From: Thermomicrobiales bacterium
GTDB taxonomy: Bacteria > Chloroflexota > Chloroflexia > Thermomicrobiales > UBA6265
Assembly (NCBI GenBank): GCA_023957015.1
Contig: JAMLHR010000001.1
Coordinates: 28,841-92,840 of the forward strand
Direction: 5' to 3'
Length of the DNA: 64,000 nucleotides
This document shows, piece by piece, positions 26,130 to 35,715 of the stretch (within the stretch, counting starts at the first letter, position 1; every line of letters begins with the position of its first letter). The notes beneath the pieces were generated by a model. That model was not told the origin of the DNA, did not search any database, and saw only the letters and a list, made by a program, of their open reading frames with translations. The position numbers and the translations under genes are program-made.

Positions 26130-26283
26130 TGATGGCCGATCGGCTTCATCGGTAGCGTCACCCCTTGTGGGTGACAACGACCATCTTCCGCCTTCGGAAG
26201 TCACCGCACATAAAGTGCGGTGGTACCGCCAACACCGCCTGCCTCGGGGATAAGGGCCTACGGCCACCTATGGTACCCCGAGG
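26130..26283. repeat. array of five consecutive GC-rich hairpins, including a GGTAG/GGTAC-hairpin doublet
   Basis: Hairpins: GATGGCCGATCGGCTTCATC; GGTAGC-GTCACCC-CTTGT-GGGTGAC; CTTCCG-CCTT-CGGAAG; CACCGCAC-ATAAA-GTGCGGTG-GTACC; GCCTCGGGG...CCCCGAGGC. Confidence 0.65.
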
Positions 26284-26310
26284 CTACGCCGACAAACATG
26301 GACTGAGTCT

Positions 26311-27705
26311 TTGAGTAGCACCAACACCGTTCCATTCGAAGCAGTTACGACCCGATCCGGTCCGCGGACACAGACCGCCTGGGATACAGCCCGGGAACAT
26401 CTGCCGTTCGCGTTCCTGGTCTGGCTGGCGCATTTCATCGTCACCCAGGGTGTCGCCATCCTCTCCTTCCGCTACAGCGAGGAGCGGTCGGTGCGAATCA
26501 TCCGCGGGACGAGCGATTTCGTGGCCGATATCGGTTCGAACTCGCGCGCGTACGCATCGTCACTCCCGCCGCTGGAGCCGCTTCCCGGTTGGCAACACTG
26601 GCTGGTGGAACCTTTCCGAAACTGGGATGGAACCTGGTACCGACACATCGCGGAATCCGGTTACGACGATCGTTTGCCCGCCCTCTCCGCATTCTTTCCA
26701 CTTTATCCCTGGCTGATGCGATGGGGGCATAATCTCACCGGCTTGCCGGTGGAAACAGTCGGCTGGATCATCTCGCAACTCGCGTTCTTTGGAGCACTCG
26801 TCTTCATCAGCCTGCTAGTCACCACGGACTTCAATATCAACATCGCACGCTGGACGATGATCGCCATCGCCGTCTTTCCCACGGCCTTCTTCTTCAGCGC
26901 GATCTACACGGAATCGCTCTTTCTGTTCCTGGCGGTCACCACACTATGGGCGGCCCGCAAGAACGATTGGCTCCTTGCCGTCCTGCTCTGCTTCCTGGCG
27001 GTACTGACGCGTTCGGCTGGCATCATGCTGGGGATTCCGCTGGCGGTGCTGTTCGCGCAGCAGCACGGCCGCGATCTCCGGGCCTGGTTCCCAAAAGTGC
27101 TGCTGGGCTTGATTCCGCCGCTGGGTCTGATGATCTTCGGCATGGTGCTGCGGAGCAACGGACTGGCGTTCTTCGATTGGCAAAACCAGCAGTGGCAATG
27201 GAATCGGTTCTCGGCCACACCGTGGCGCACGTTTACGTGCGTCACCCAAGGTTGTGAAGCGACGGTGCGACAGTTTGGCAACAGCGTCGATCAGTTCACG
27301 GTCTATCCGGTGCGATTCGACTGGATCAGCCTCGCCTTTGAGGAACGATTCCGCTGGAGCTATATCACCAGCACGGAGTACCGCACACTCATCGCCGATA
27401 GTCAGGCGCTTGATCTGATGGTAACGATCCTCGCCTTCGCGCTGATCATCGTTGGGCTGAAGAAGCTGCCGCTCTACTACAGTGCCTGGTCGATTGTGCC
27501 CATGATCGTGCCGCTCCTGGCACCCAGCAGCGTCTCACCATTGATGAGCATGCCGCGATTCGTGCTGCCATTGGTACCGCTCTTCGTGATGGCAGTGCTG
27601 CTGATCTACCCGCACAAACGCACTGGTATCGTGCTCGCCAGCTTCTCAGCGATGCTGCTGATGCTGTATACGGCGCAGTTCGTGATGTGGTACTGGGTGG
27701 CGTAA
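26311..27705 (+). CDS. polytopic membrane protein, PIG-V/mannosyltransferase-like
   Basis: More than 8 hydrophobic segments. WDGTWYRHIAESGYDD and FFPLYPWLMRW resemble the GPI-mannosyltransferase-2-like bacterial glycosyltransferase family. TTG start. Confidence 0.5.
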   Translation: MSSTNTVPFEAVTTRSGPRTQTAWDTAREHLPFAFLVWLAHFIVTQGVAILSFRYSEERSVRIIRGTSDFVADIGSNSRAYASSLPPLEPLPGWQHWLVEPFRNWDGTWYRHIAESGYDDRLPALSAFFPLYPWLMRWGHNLTGLPVETVGWIISQLAFFGALVFISLLVTTDFNINIARWTMIAIAVFPTAFFFSAIYTESLFLFLAVTTLWAARKNDWLLAVLLCFLAVLTRSAGIMLGIPLAVLFAQQHGRDLRAWFPKVLLGLIPPLGLMIFGMVLRSNGLAFFDWQNQQWQWNRFSATPWRTFTCVTQGCEATVRQFGNSVDQFTVYPVRFDWISLAFEERFRWSYITSTEYRTLIADSQALDLMVTILAFALIIVGLKKLPLYYSAWSIVPMIVPLLAPSSVSPLMSMPRFVLPLVPLFVMAVLLIYPHKRTGIVLASFSAMLLMLYTAQFVMWYWVA

Positions 27706-27892
27706 TTTGGAGATGGGCATTTGCCCGGACCACTCACGATCACAATCGGCCGACCACAGTTTGGATTCTCCATCGCGATCGATCGGTCCGAGCCTACTCA
27801 AGCCCCGGATATCGCTCTACAATGCCGAGAGCAGCCCGACTTCACCATGCATTAAGGGAGCATTAAGCGTGATCGCATCCGAGAAACAGACG

Positions 27893-29512
27893 ATGACCGG
27901 TGGACAGGCATTGGTCAGAACATTGCGTGCCTATGACGTACACACGATCTTCGCCCTACCCGGCGTGCAACTGGATGGCGCATTCGATGCCCTCTACGAC
28001 GAGCAGAAGGCTGGCAATATCCGCATCATCCATACGCGCCATGAGCAGGGTGCGGCCTATATGGCCGATGGCTACGCGCGGGTGACCGGCGAGATGGGTG
28101 TCTGCATGGTGGTACCTGGCCCCGGATTGCTGAATGCATCCGCCGCACTCTCGACAGCATATGCCTGCAACCAACCCGTCCTCTGCGTTACCGGGCAGAT
28201 CAAGAGCGATGCGATCGAGGCTGGCTATGGCCTTCTTCACGAGATTCCGAACCAGCTGGGTATGGTCCGGAGCGTCACCAAATACGCCGAGCGCGCCGTC
28301 ACTCCAGACGCTATTCCGGGCGCGATCCATAATGCCATCAATGCGATGTGGGACGGTCGGATTCGACCCGTGGAAGTCGAGGTCCCGCCGGACACGTTCT
28401 TCGCCACCGGTGAGGTCGACCTCGGTACCCTGGCTGAAGGTCGATCACCGCAGGATGTCGATCCGGAAGCGATCGCATCCGCCGCCAAAATACTGGGCCA
28501 CGCCGAACGACCAGTCATCTTCGTCGGAGGTGGCATCCACGGTTCCGAAGCCTGGGATGAACTGAAAGAGATTGCCGAGTTGTTGCAGGCGGCCGTTGTA
28601 CCCACCCAAAACGGAAAGGGCGCGCTCAGCGATCACCATTACCTCAGCCAATCGCAGTTCGCGGGCAAGGATCTGATGGCCGAGGCGGATGTCGTCTTCG
28701 CAATTGGTACCCGTTTCAGCGATGCCACCACCTATGCCTGGGGGATCAAACCCGGCAAAACCTTCATCCAGCTCGATATCGATGCCGATATGGTAGGCAA
28801 GACCTTCCCCACCACTGTCGGCCTGGTCGGCGATGCCAAACGCGGATTGGCGGCGCTGATTGACGCAATCCCGGCACACAATCGCGCCCGCTCCTCGCGC
28901 GAAGCGGAGATGTTGGCGCGCAAGGCTGTTGCAGAGGAGGCCATGGCCAGCGTGCAACCGCAGGCAGGATTCGCCAAAGCCATTCGCCAGGCGTTGCCGG
29001 AGGATGGCATCTTCGTCGGCGAGATGACCCAGCTCGGGTATTACAGCAATATGACCATGCCGGTTTACCAGCCGCGCACCTACCTCACACCTGGTTATCA
29101 GGGCACACTGGGTTGGGGCTTCCCAACCTCCCTCGGTGTCAAGGTTGGCGCGCCAGACAAGGTGGTATTCAGCATTAACGGCGATGGCGGTTTCGGCTTC
29201 TGCCTGAACGAACTCGCTACCCAAGCCCAGCATGGTATCGCCAGTATCACCCTGGTGTTCAACGATGGCGCGTTTGGCAATGTCAAACGCATCCAGCAGG
29301 AGACATTGAGCGGACGCACGATCGCCAGCGATCTCCGCAATCCGGACTATGTGAAGCTGGCCGAGGCGTTCGGTGTCACCGGTCGCCGCACGGATTCAGC
29401 GGATGGACTCGCGATCCATTTGGACGAAGCGATCAAGGCGAACGAACCGACACTGGTCGAGATTCAGGTGCCACCAATGCCAAATCCGTGGAAGGCATTG
29501 GGGCTGCGGTAA
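27893..29512 (+). CDS. thiamine-pyrophosphate-dependent enzyme (acetolactate synthase large-subunit family)
   Basis: N-terminal MTGGQALVRTLRAYDVHTIFALPGV. TPP motif INGDGGFGFCLNELAT...VFNDGAFGN. The start could be GTG 27869. Confidence 0.8.
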   Translation: MTGGQALVRTLRAYDVHTIFALPGVQLDGAFDALYDEQKAGNIRIIHTRHEQGAAYMADGYARVTGEMGVCMVVPGPGLLNASAALSTAYACNQPVLCVTGQIKSDAIEAGYGLLHEIPNQLGMVRSVTKYAERAVTPDAIPGAIHNAINAMWDGRIRPVEVEVPPDTFFATGEVDLGTLAEGRSPQDVDPEAIASAAKILGHAERPVIFVGGGIHGSEAWDELKEIAELLQAAVVPTQNGKGALSDHHYLSQSQFAGKDLMAEADVVFAIGTRFSDATTYAWGIKPGKTFIQLDIDADMVGKTFPTTVGLVGDAKRGLAALIDAIPAHNRARSSREAEMLARKAVAEEAMASVQPQAGFAKAIRQALPEDGIFVGEMTQLGYYSNMTMPVYQPRTYLTPGYQGTLGWGFPTSLGVKVGAPDKVVFSINGDGGFGFCLNELATQAQHGIASITLVFNDGAFGNVKRIQQETLSGRTIASDLRNPDYVKLAEAFGVTGRRTDSADGLAIHLDEAIKANEPTLVEIQVPPMPNPWKALGLR

Positions 29513-29559
29513 CCAGACGGGTTGTGCGCGCTGCTCAAATCCGACCGATTTTCTTGTAT

Positions 29560-29587
29560 TTGCGCGGATTTCGCGGAGGCGTATACT
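29560..29587 (+). promoter_or_regulatory. sigma70-like promoter TTGCGC-16-TATACT upstream of the ferredoxin gene
   Basis: -35 at 29560-29565 and -10 at 29582-29587, about 100 nt upstream of ATG 29687. Confidence 0.4.
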
Positions 29588-29686
29588 CGGAGGTAGCCTG
29601 CAAGTTCGTCAAGGACGAACGCCGTTGCATCAGTGGGCCCAGCGCACGATTTTCCTCATGCCCGTGTGGGCGAAGGAGTCTGCCAG

Positions 29687-29926
29687 ATGGCATACGTCAT
29701 CGCACAACCATGTATCGGAACCAAAGACGCCAGCTGCGTTGAGGTTTGTCCCGTGGACTGCATCCATTCGGATGACGATTCGGAGCAGTATCACATCAAT
29801 CCGGCTGAGTGTATCGACTGCGGCGTCTGCGCCGAAGTCTGCCCGGTAGAGGCGATCTTCTTCGAAGACGACCTACCGGAGCAATGGTCCGCATTCAAGG
29901 CGATCAACGCGAAGTACTTCGAGTAA
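29687..29926 (+). CDS. ferredoxin (2 x Fe-S cluster, FdxA-like)
   Basis: GGAG 7 nt upstream of the ATG. MAYVIAQPCIGTKDASCVEVCPVDC and CIDCGVCAEVCP cysteine clusters. Confidence 0.85.
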   Translation: MAYVIAQPCIGTKDASCVEVCPVDCIHSDDDSEQYHINPAECIDCGVCAEVCPVEAIFFEDDLPEQWSAFKAINAKYFE

Positions 29927-29940
29927 CGCATCGCCAGGTC

Positions 29941-29970
29941 AAAGGGCCGGATCGTCTGATCCGGCCCTTT
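29941..29970. terminator. bidirectional terminator hairpin between convergent genes
   Basis: AAAGGGCCGGATC-GTCT-GATCCGGCCCTTT: a 13-bp perfect stem flanked by an A-tract and a T-tract. Confidence 0.75.
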
Positions 29971-29978
29971 GCTGTTCG

Positions 29979-32261
29979 TCACTCAGCCTCGGGGGTAGCA
30001 TCTCCATTGCCGAGCGCTGGCAACGTGTAGTTTGCACTCCACACAGCATCTCCATTAATCAGATAGAGTCGCCCCGTATCCTCATCGACCACGATATCCT
30101 GGAGACCGGCAAACGGAGCGAGGTTATCTGCGCCATCGACCATGAAGTCGATCGGAAGCATGAGTATGACGGCGTTTTCGCCCTGTTTGTCGATCGCGAT
30201 CACGCGGCCATTCCCCTCGGCATCGACCACGGCCACATAGAGATAGCCCGTGGCGGCGCCGTTAACGATGGCAACCGGCGTATCACTTTCGTAGTCAAAT
30301 CCAGGAAGATCGAAGCGCCCCGTTTCCAGGCCTCCGCGCAACGTCACCACCTGACCATCCTCCAGCAGGACATAGATATTGCCGTCGATCGCCATATCGA
30401 CGGCAATGTTCAGATTGATGCGATCGCCCACCGAAACCCAGTCAGATGGTCCAACGGTCTGTTGGTTGGGATCGAGCGTGAACTCATAGATATTCCGGTA
30501 CGTGTTCACGAGCATGTACATGCTCTCGCCAAACGTATCGATTGGAGAAGCGGTCCAGGGTCCCTGACTGTTGATGGTATCGAGGGTCATCGATTGCCAG
30601 ACCGCGCCATCGGTGCTGCTGGCGAAGAAAGCGGCTCGTCCATCGGTCACCACGAGATAGGTGCCATCGTAGGAAACACCAAAGAGATTACCAACCCGAA
30701 TCCCCTCGATCTCGCGTCCCTGCTCCAGCATCATCTGCATCTGCGCTGTCTCAGGATTGAGGCGATAGAGATTCCCGTTGGCCAGGAAAATACCGCCAGC
30801 AGTCCAATAGGCGGATGTCCGACCATTACTCAGTTCATCGGGCAGACTTCCGATCCGACGCACACCACTGAGACGATAGACACCCAACACCTCATCGCGC
30901 TTCGCGGTAATCGCATTCTGGCGATCATGCACCTCCGAATCCGGTGCACCGAGCCGGTCGGCCCGCTCCAGGTCACTCTGGGCGGCATCCAGCTCCGTCA
31001 GGATCGCCGCCGGATCGTCCTGCGTCTCGGTAACATGCAATCGTTGATCAACTTGCGCCAATACGGGTGCATAGACCGACTCATCGGGCAGAAAGATATC
31101 CCGTTGACTCCAGATCAGCATACCGATGAGAAACACCGCCACCATCATGATGCCGATAAAGATCGGACTGGAGATAAGCGGAGCCCGGGGCAATCCAGAT
31201 CTCCAGGCGCTGGTATCTCCCATGCTCGTGATACGGCGATGTCGCCGCACACCGTGCGTACCCGGTGCTCCGAATTGCGCCTCCGGGCGGCGCGGTTGCC
31301 AGGTGCCGCCACCCTCTGTGGGTCGGCCCTCGGTGATGCGAATGAGTCGTTTCTGCAACGATATCCGCGGCACTGCAGGCGCGGGGGCGGTGATCTCCTC
31401 TTCCTCAACGGGAGCTGGAACAGACTGGCGCTGCGGCAAAGTGGGGGTGATGGCGCGGACGGCCGCCCGCATGTGTCGCAGCTGTTCCCGGGCGCTACGC
31501 CCCACGTCGGCGAGCGTCTCGATCTCCGACGCTACAGGATTCGGTGGGAACGAGATGACCGCGACAGCGGCAAAGCGCTCACCGGCGTCCAACGCCGCGG
31601 TACGAACATCGTCCAGCACGTCCTCGGGATCACGGGCAAAGTACCGGCGAAGCTCGAGTGGTTGCCCTGTGTCACCATGAGCCAAGGCCGATGCTGTGGC
31701 TGTATTGCAAAGCAAAAGGGTATCGCCGGGAAGAAGTTCGGTCTGGACCAGCACTGGCGCAACCCATGAGGAGAACCCCAAAGGTTCCGCTGGGGGACCA
31801 TCGGCATCCGCATTGGCCCAACGTGGCAGGTGCGAATCGAGATCGGGCACGCTGTAGACCAGATGATCCTGGACCAGGATCAGTTGTCCTGGCGGGAGGT
31901 GACCGATGGTCGCCACCGAATCCTCGAAGATGATCGCCGTCAAACCAATGAGCGCTGGTGGACCGATCGTACTCCGACCATCGTCACAGACAAGAGCGTT
32001 GGCGATACCAAACGCGTGTACCAACGCGGCATCCGGTGCCTGGCGCGCATGGAGTCGGAGCTGACCCAACACGACATCGCGCACCTGCTGCGCCAGTTCG
32101 CGGGAACGGCCATCGTCGCTAAGTGGCTCAACCAATACTGCCAACCCACGCCGATGCACGGACGGCGCGCCGACGATATCGACCGCAATCCATTCCCGGA
32201 CATCTGTTGGTTCGCCACCAGCGACAGCAGCAGCGACAGCGATTGGCTGCGGAAGCGCCAT
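29979..32261 (-). CDS. membrane protein with a PP2C-like (apparently degenerate) cytoplasmic domain, one TM helix and a beta-propeller-like ectodomain
   Basis: N-terminal region GLTAIIFED...PGDTLLLCNTA resembles PPM phosphatases. TM helix LISSPIFIGIMMVAVFLIGMLIW. The C-terminal ~370 aa is rich in repeated G-x-Y/L-Y-V patterns. Confidence 0.45.
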   Translation of the reverse strand: MALPQPIAVAAAVAGGEPTDVREWIAVDIVGAPSVHRRGLAVLVEPLSDDGRSRELAQQVRDVVLGQLRLHARQAPDAALVHAFGIANALVCDDGRSTIGPPALIGLTAIIFEDSVATIGHLPPGQLILVQDHLVYSVPDLDSHLPRWANADADGPPAEPLGFSSWVAPVLVQTELLPGDTLLLCNTATASALAHGDTGQPLELRRYFARDPEDVLDDVRTAALDAGERFAAVAVISFPPNPVASEIETLADVGRSAREQLRHMRAAVRAITPTLPQRQSVPAPVEEEEITAPAPAVPRISLQKRLIRITEGRPTEGGGTWQPRRPEAQFGAPGTHGVRRHRRITSMGDTSAWRSGLPRAPLISSPIFIGIMMVAVFLIGMLIWSQRDIFLPDESVYAPVLAQVDQRLHVTETQDDPAAILTELDAAQSDLERADRLGAPDSEVHDRQNAITAKRDEVLGVYRLSGVRRIGSLPDELSNGRTSAYWTAGGIFLANGNLYRLNPETAQMQMMLEQGREIEGIRVGNLFGVSYDGTYLVVTDGRAAFFASSTDGAVWQSMTLDTINSQGPWTASPIDTFGESMYMLVNTYRNIYEFTLDPNQQTVGPSDWVSVGDRINLNIAVDMAIDGNIYVLLEDGQVVTLRGGLETGRFDLPGFDYESDTPVAIVNGAATGYLYVAVVDAEGNGRVIAIDKQGENAVILMLPIDFMVDGADNLAPFAGLQDIVVDEDTGRLYLINGDAVWSANYTLPALGNGDATPEAE

Positions 32262-32285
32262 ACCCTCTCCATTCCTCGCGTACGC

Positions 32286-32300
32286 GAGTGAACGTACATC
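32286..32300. promoter_or_regulatory. GAGTGAACGTACATC, partial copy of the GAGTGAACGTTCACTC palindrome
   Basis: 25-40 nt upstream of ATG 32261 of the PP2C-like membrane protein gene. Confidence 0.35.
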
Positions 32301-32385
32301 ATGGGGAGTATATCGCGCTAACGATAACGGGGTCCGAAGAAGTGAGGGATCGCCACTTTCGGTGGATCAAAAGACGCCGCCTGCG

Positions 32386-34494
32386 CTACTGGATGGAATC
32401 CTGCATTTCCGGCTCAGCCTGATAGGCGTAGGCAGACCGGTCCGGCTGAGGCTGTGGTTGCTGTCGAGTTGATGCAGGCTCCTGTCCCCGTCGACCACCA
32501 CGGGCCTCGCGCACAAGGGATCGAGCCCGGTTGGCGATACGCTCTCCGGCAACACCCTGAGCATCGGCGAGGTGAATCGCATGTTCCAGCACTTCGACCG
32601 AGTCGCGGCGCTGGCCCTCGGCCAGCAAGCGAGCACCGACGTTGGTGAGCAACATGGCCTCTGCATACTCATCGCCCACACTGCGGGCTATCCGCAGAGC
32701 GTACTCGTAGGTATCCATGTAGCCGGGATGATTGGCGGCGTCTCGGGCAACAGCCAGATGCTGCAACGCCTGATTGAGCAATAACGGCTGATCGATACCT
32801 TCCGCGATCTCAACAGCCTGCTCAAGTGCGATCAAGGCTGCCCGCGTATCGCCTTGCTTCTGCGCCAGGCGACCAAGCCGACCGTAGAGTCGCACCGCGG
32901 CACCGCGCTGGCCACTCTCCGCAGCCAGATTGAGCGCATCCTGATAGAGCGCCATCGCATCCTTGACCTGGCCCGAATCCATCGCCATTGTGCCAAGTTG
33001 CGAGAGCACATTGACCTCTTCATCCTTGCGACCGAGCTCACGATAGAGATCAAGCGCCTGGTGGTAGAAGTGAACTGACTGACGGATATCACGATCGGAA
33101 AGCGCAATCTGGCCAAGCAGGCTATACATACCCGCCTGCAGATCGACGTCGTCAACCTTACGGGCGGCCTCGATCGCCTGATGAATGGAGCGGAGCGCGT
33201 CCTCGCGCTGGTTGTACTTCCACAACGCCTCGCCGATGCTGCCCAGCCACTGGGCCTCGTGCGCGACATCCTGGGTATCCCGCGCGATCTCCAACGCCTG
33301 CATCAGGTTGTTAAGCGCATCAATCGGATGATTCATGGCGCTGAGGGTTACACCCAAACCACCGTAGGCGCGTTGGGCAACATAGCGATCACCGGCGTCC
33401 TCTGCCAGCTGAATCGCGCGTTCAAAGACCTCACAGGCATCATCGTAACGACCGAGTGTCAGCAGGGTGGAGCCGTAGTGAACAGCGTCTGCCGCTGCCG
33501 CCGGTACGTTCCCGAGCCGCTCCTCGACCTGGATCAGATCACGCTGGCGATCGACCGCGTTATCGAAACGCCCGATCTTCTGCTCAACTTCGCTGAGCAT
33601 GGCCAGACAGGCATTCTCGAGCTCAAGGTCCTGCATCTCCCGGGCAACTTCCAGACCATCTTCCAGATGAGCAGCCACATCTTCATAGCGGTGCAGCGAC
33701 ATCAAGGTGCTGGCGTGGCGACCGATCAGCTGGGTTAGGATGAGATCGTCGTGCAGCTCGGTGGAAAGACGGAGGAGATCCTCCTCCAGACCAGCACGAG
33801 CCTCCAGATCGATTCGTTCGCCATCGATATCGAGACGACGGACAAGAGCATCGGCCAATCCACGCGAATAGCGAAGACGACGAGCGGACTCCTCGGCGCG
33901 AGCGTAAAGATGGAGAGCGGTCTCGGCATCGCCATCACGCAGGATGATATCGCCAAGCATGATCGCGCTCTCGACTTCGTCAGGGGAATCACTGTTGGCA
34001 GGACCGAGATCGAGTTGTTGTTGGAAGAGCACACGAGCCTTCTCGGCCTCACCAGAAGCAAGCTCGCGATGACCAAGTCGACCGAGTGCGCGTCGACCTC
34101 CGAGTACATACCCGGATCGTTGCGCGGCTTTGTATGCATCACGGAGCAATTTCTCGCGCTCGCGGGCCGGATCCTCCGCCGGAAGAAGCACATCCAGTTG
34201 CAGGGCGGCATCTACTGTTTGCCGATCAAAACCCTTGGCATGTGCGGCGGCATGCGTCAGCCGAGCCAGAACCTGCGCGAACTCGCGATCGGAATCAATC
34301 CGTTCGTCAATCAACTCACTGAGGATCAGGAAATCGTCATCGGACAGCGCATCCAGCACAGCTGGATGCCGCACCTCGCTGATCGCACCATTAATGGAGC
34401 GCTTACGTCCCACGACTTCGCGGGAAATCTGCACCAGGACGCCGTTACCACCCTTGCGTCCCTTATTGGCCAGCTTCTCAATCCAACTGCTCAC
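32386..34494 (-). CDS. TPR-repeat protein
   Basis: About 14 tandem 40-aa A/L/Y/G-patterned TPR units (e.g. AQRAYGGLGVTLSAMNHPIDALNNLMQALEIARD). GTG 34492-34494 follows AGGGAG and is my preferred start; the ORF is open to 34671. Confidence 0.7.
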   Translation of the reverse strand: MSSWIEKLANKGRKGGNGVLVQISREVVGRKRSINGAISEVRHPAVLDALSDDDFLILSELIDERIDSDREFAQVLARLTHAAAHAKGFDRQTVDAALQLDVLLPAEDPAREREKLLRDAYKAAQRSGYVLGGRRALGRLGHRELASGEAEKARVLFQQQLDLGPANSDSPDEVESAIMLGDIILRDGDAETALHLYARAEESARRLRYSRGLADALVRRLDIDGERIDLEARAGLEEDLLRLSTELHDDLILTQLIGRHASTLMSLHRYEDVAAHLEDGLEVAREMQDLELENACLAMLSEVEQKIGRFDNAVDRQRDLIQVEERLGNVPAAAADAVHYGSTLLTLGRYDDACEVFERAIQLAEDAGDRYVAQRAYGGLGVTLSAMNHPIDALNNLMQALEIARDTQDVAHEAQWLGSIGEALWKYNQREDALRSIHQAIEAARKVDDVDLQAGMYSLLGQIALSDRDIRQSVHFYHQALDLYRELGRKDEEVNVLSQLGTMAMDSGQVKDAMALYQDALNLAAESGQRGAAVRLYGRLGRLAQKQGDTRAALIALEQAVEIAEGIDQPLLLNQALQHLAVARDAANHPGYMDTYEYALRIARSVGDEYAEAMLLTNVGARLLAEGQRRDSVEVLEHAIHLADAQGVAGERIANRARSLVREARGGRRGQEPASTRQQPQPQPDRSAYAYQAEPEMQDSIQ

Positions 34495-34622
34495 ACACGT
34501 TGCTCCCTGGCGTATGGGCGCCGAATGTGGGGGACCACATTCAACGCCCTCAGCCTTCCCTTCCCTCGGCGTTCGTGGGTGCGGCCGATATCGCCGCCTG
34601 ATAGTTCTATTTTGCCACATCT

Positions 34623-34648
34623 GACTAGAGTGAACGTACACTCTAGTC
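34623..34648. promoter_or_regulatory. 26-bp inverted repeat GACTAGAGTG-AACGTA-CACTCTAGTC containing the GAGTGAACGT motif
   Basis: 10-bp perfect arms, located between the divergent TPR gene and pyrF. Confidence 0.4.
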
Positions 34649-34781
34649 ATCGCATGGGAGGAGTGTACCACGGCGATCTGTGGGTGCCTACGTGTGTCAC
34701 AAAGTCATGATCATACCTGCACGATTGGGGCATTTCTGGTATTGTGGGTCAAGCGTGATTCGCCATCATCCCGAGGTCCCC

Positions 34782-35627
34782 ATGCCCCAAACCAAACCCT
34801 TCTATGACCTGCTGGCCGCGAGAACCGCGTCTGCCGATTCGTTGCTCTGCGTCGGTCTCGATCCCGTCGTGGAGAAACTGCCCGAGGGCTTCGCCCACGA
34901 TACAGATGGTGTCACTTCCTATCTTACGGAATTGATCGCCGCCACCAGCGACCTCACCTGCTGCTACAAGCCGAATCTTCCCTTCTACCTCTCCCTCGGC
35001 GACGACGGACTGCGCGTACTCCGGGCCGTACGAGAAGCGATACCAGCGGAGATACCGATGCTACTCGACTGCAAGGTGAACGATCTGGGCGATACCGCCA
35101 GGGCGTGGGCCCGGATGGCATTCGACTACCTGGAAGTCGATGGTGTGGTCGTCAATCCTTATATGGGAGAGGATGCCCTCACACCCTACTTCACCTACGG
35201 CGACAAGGGTGTGATCGTGCTCTGCAAAACCAGCAATCCCGGTAGCGGCGATCTGCAGGACCTGGTACTGGAGAACGGCGAACCGCTTTACATGCATATC
35301 GCCCGCAGTACCAATACATGGCAACAAGAGTATCCAGCCGAGATCGGCATGGTGGTCGGCGCGACCTACCCCGATCAGTTGGCGCGGATTCGCGAAACAT
35401 GCCCGAATGCGATCATTCTGCTACCAGGGCTCGGTGCCCAGGGCGGCGATGTGCAGGCATCGGTCTCGGCTGGCGTCGATGCGAATGGTGGAGCGCTCCT
35501 CTGTTCGTCCTCTCGCTCAATCATGTATGCCAGCAGCGGCCCAGACTTCGCCGAGGCCGCCCGCGCAGAAGCGCAGAAACTTCGCGATGAAATCAACCTC
35601 TATCGACATCAGGTCGTAAACGCGTAA
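34782..35627 (+). CDS. pyrF: orotidine 5'-phosphate decarboxylase (type 2)
   Basis: LLCVGLDP and LLDCKVNDLGDTA (catalytic Lys context). Length is about 281 aa. ATG 34782 (MPQTKPFYD). Confidence 0.85.
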   Translation: MPQTKPFYDLLAARTASADSLLCVGLDPVVEKLPEGFAHDTDGVTSYLTELIAATSDLTCCYKPNLPFYLSLGDDGLRVLRAVREAIPAEIPMLLDCKVNDLGDTARAWARMAFDYLEVDGVVVNPYMGEDALTPYFTYGDKGVIVLCKTSNPGSGDLQDLVLENGEPLYMHIARSTNTWQQEYPAEIGMVVGATYPDQLARIRETCPNAIILLPGLGAQGGDVQASVSAGVDANGGALLCSSSRSIMYASSGPDFAEAARAEAQKLRDEINLYRHQVVNA

Positions 35628-35662
35628 AACCGATCATTCACTTCTCGGCGTATAGTTGAGTG

Positions 35663-35692
35663 ATGGCGGCAGTAATGATGCCGCCTTTCGTG
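35663..35692 (+). terminator. possible terminator hairpin after pyrF
   Basis: GGCGGC (35665-35670) pairs with GCCGCC (35680-35685), followed by TTTCGTG. Confidence 0.4.
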
Positions 35693-35715
35693 CGATCGTA
35701 TCTCAAGGTGCCCGA

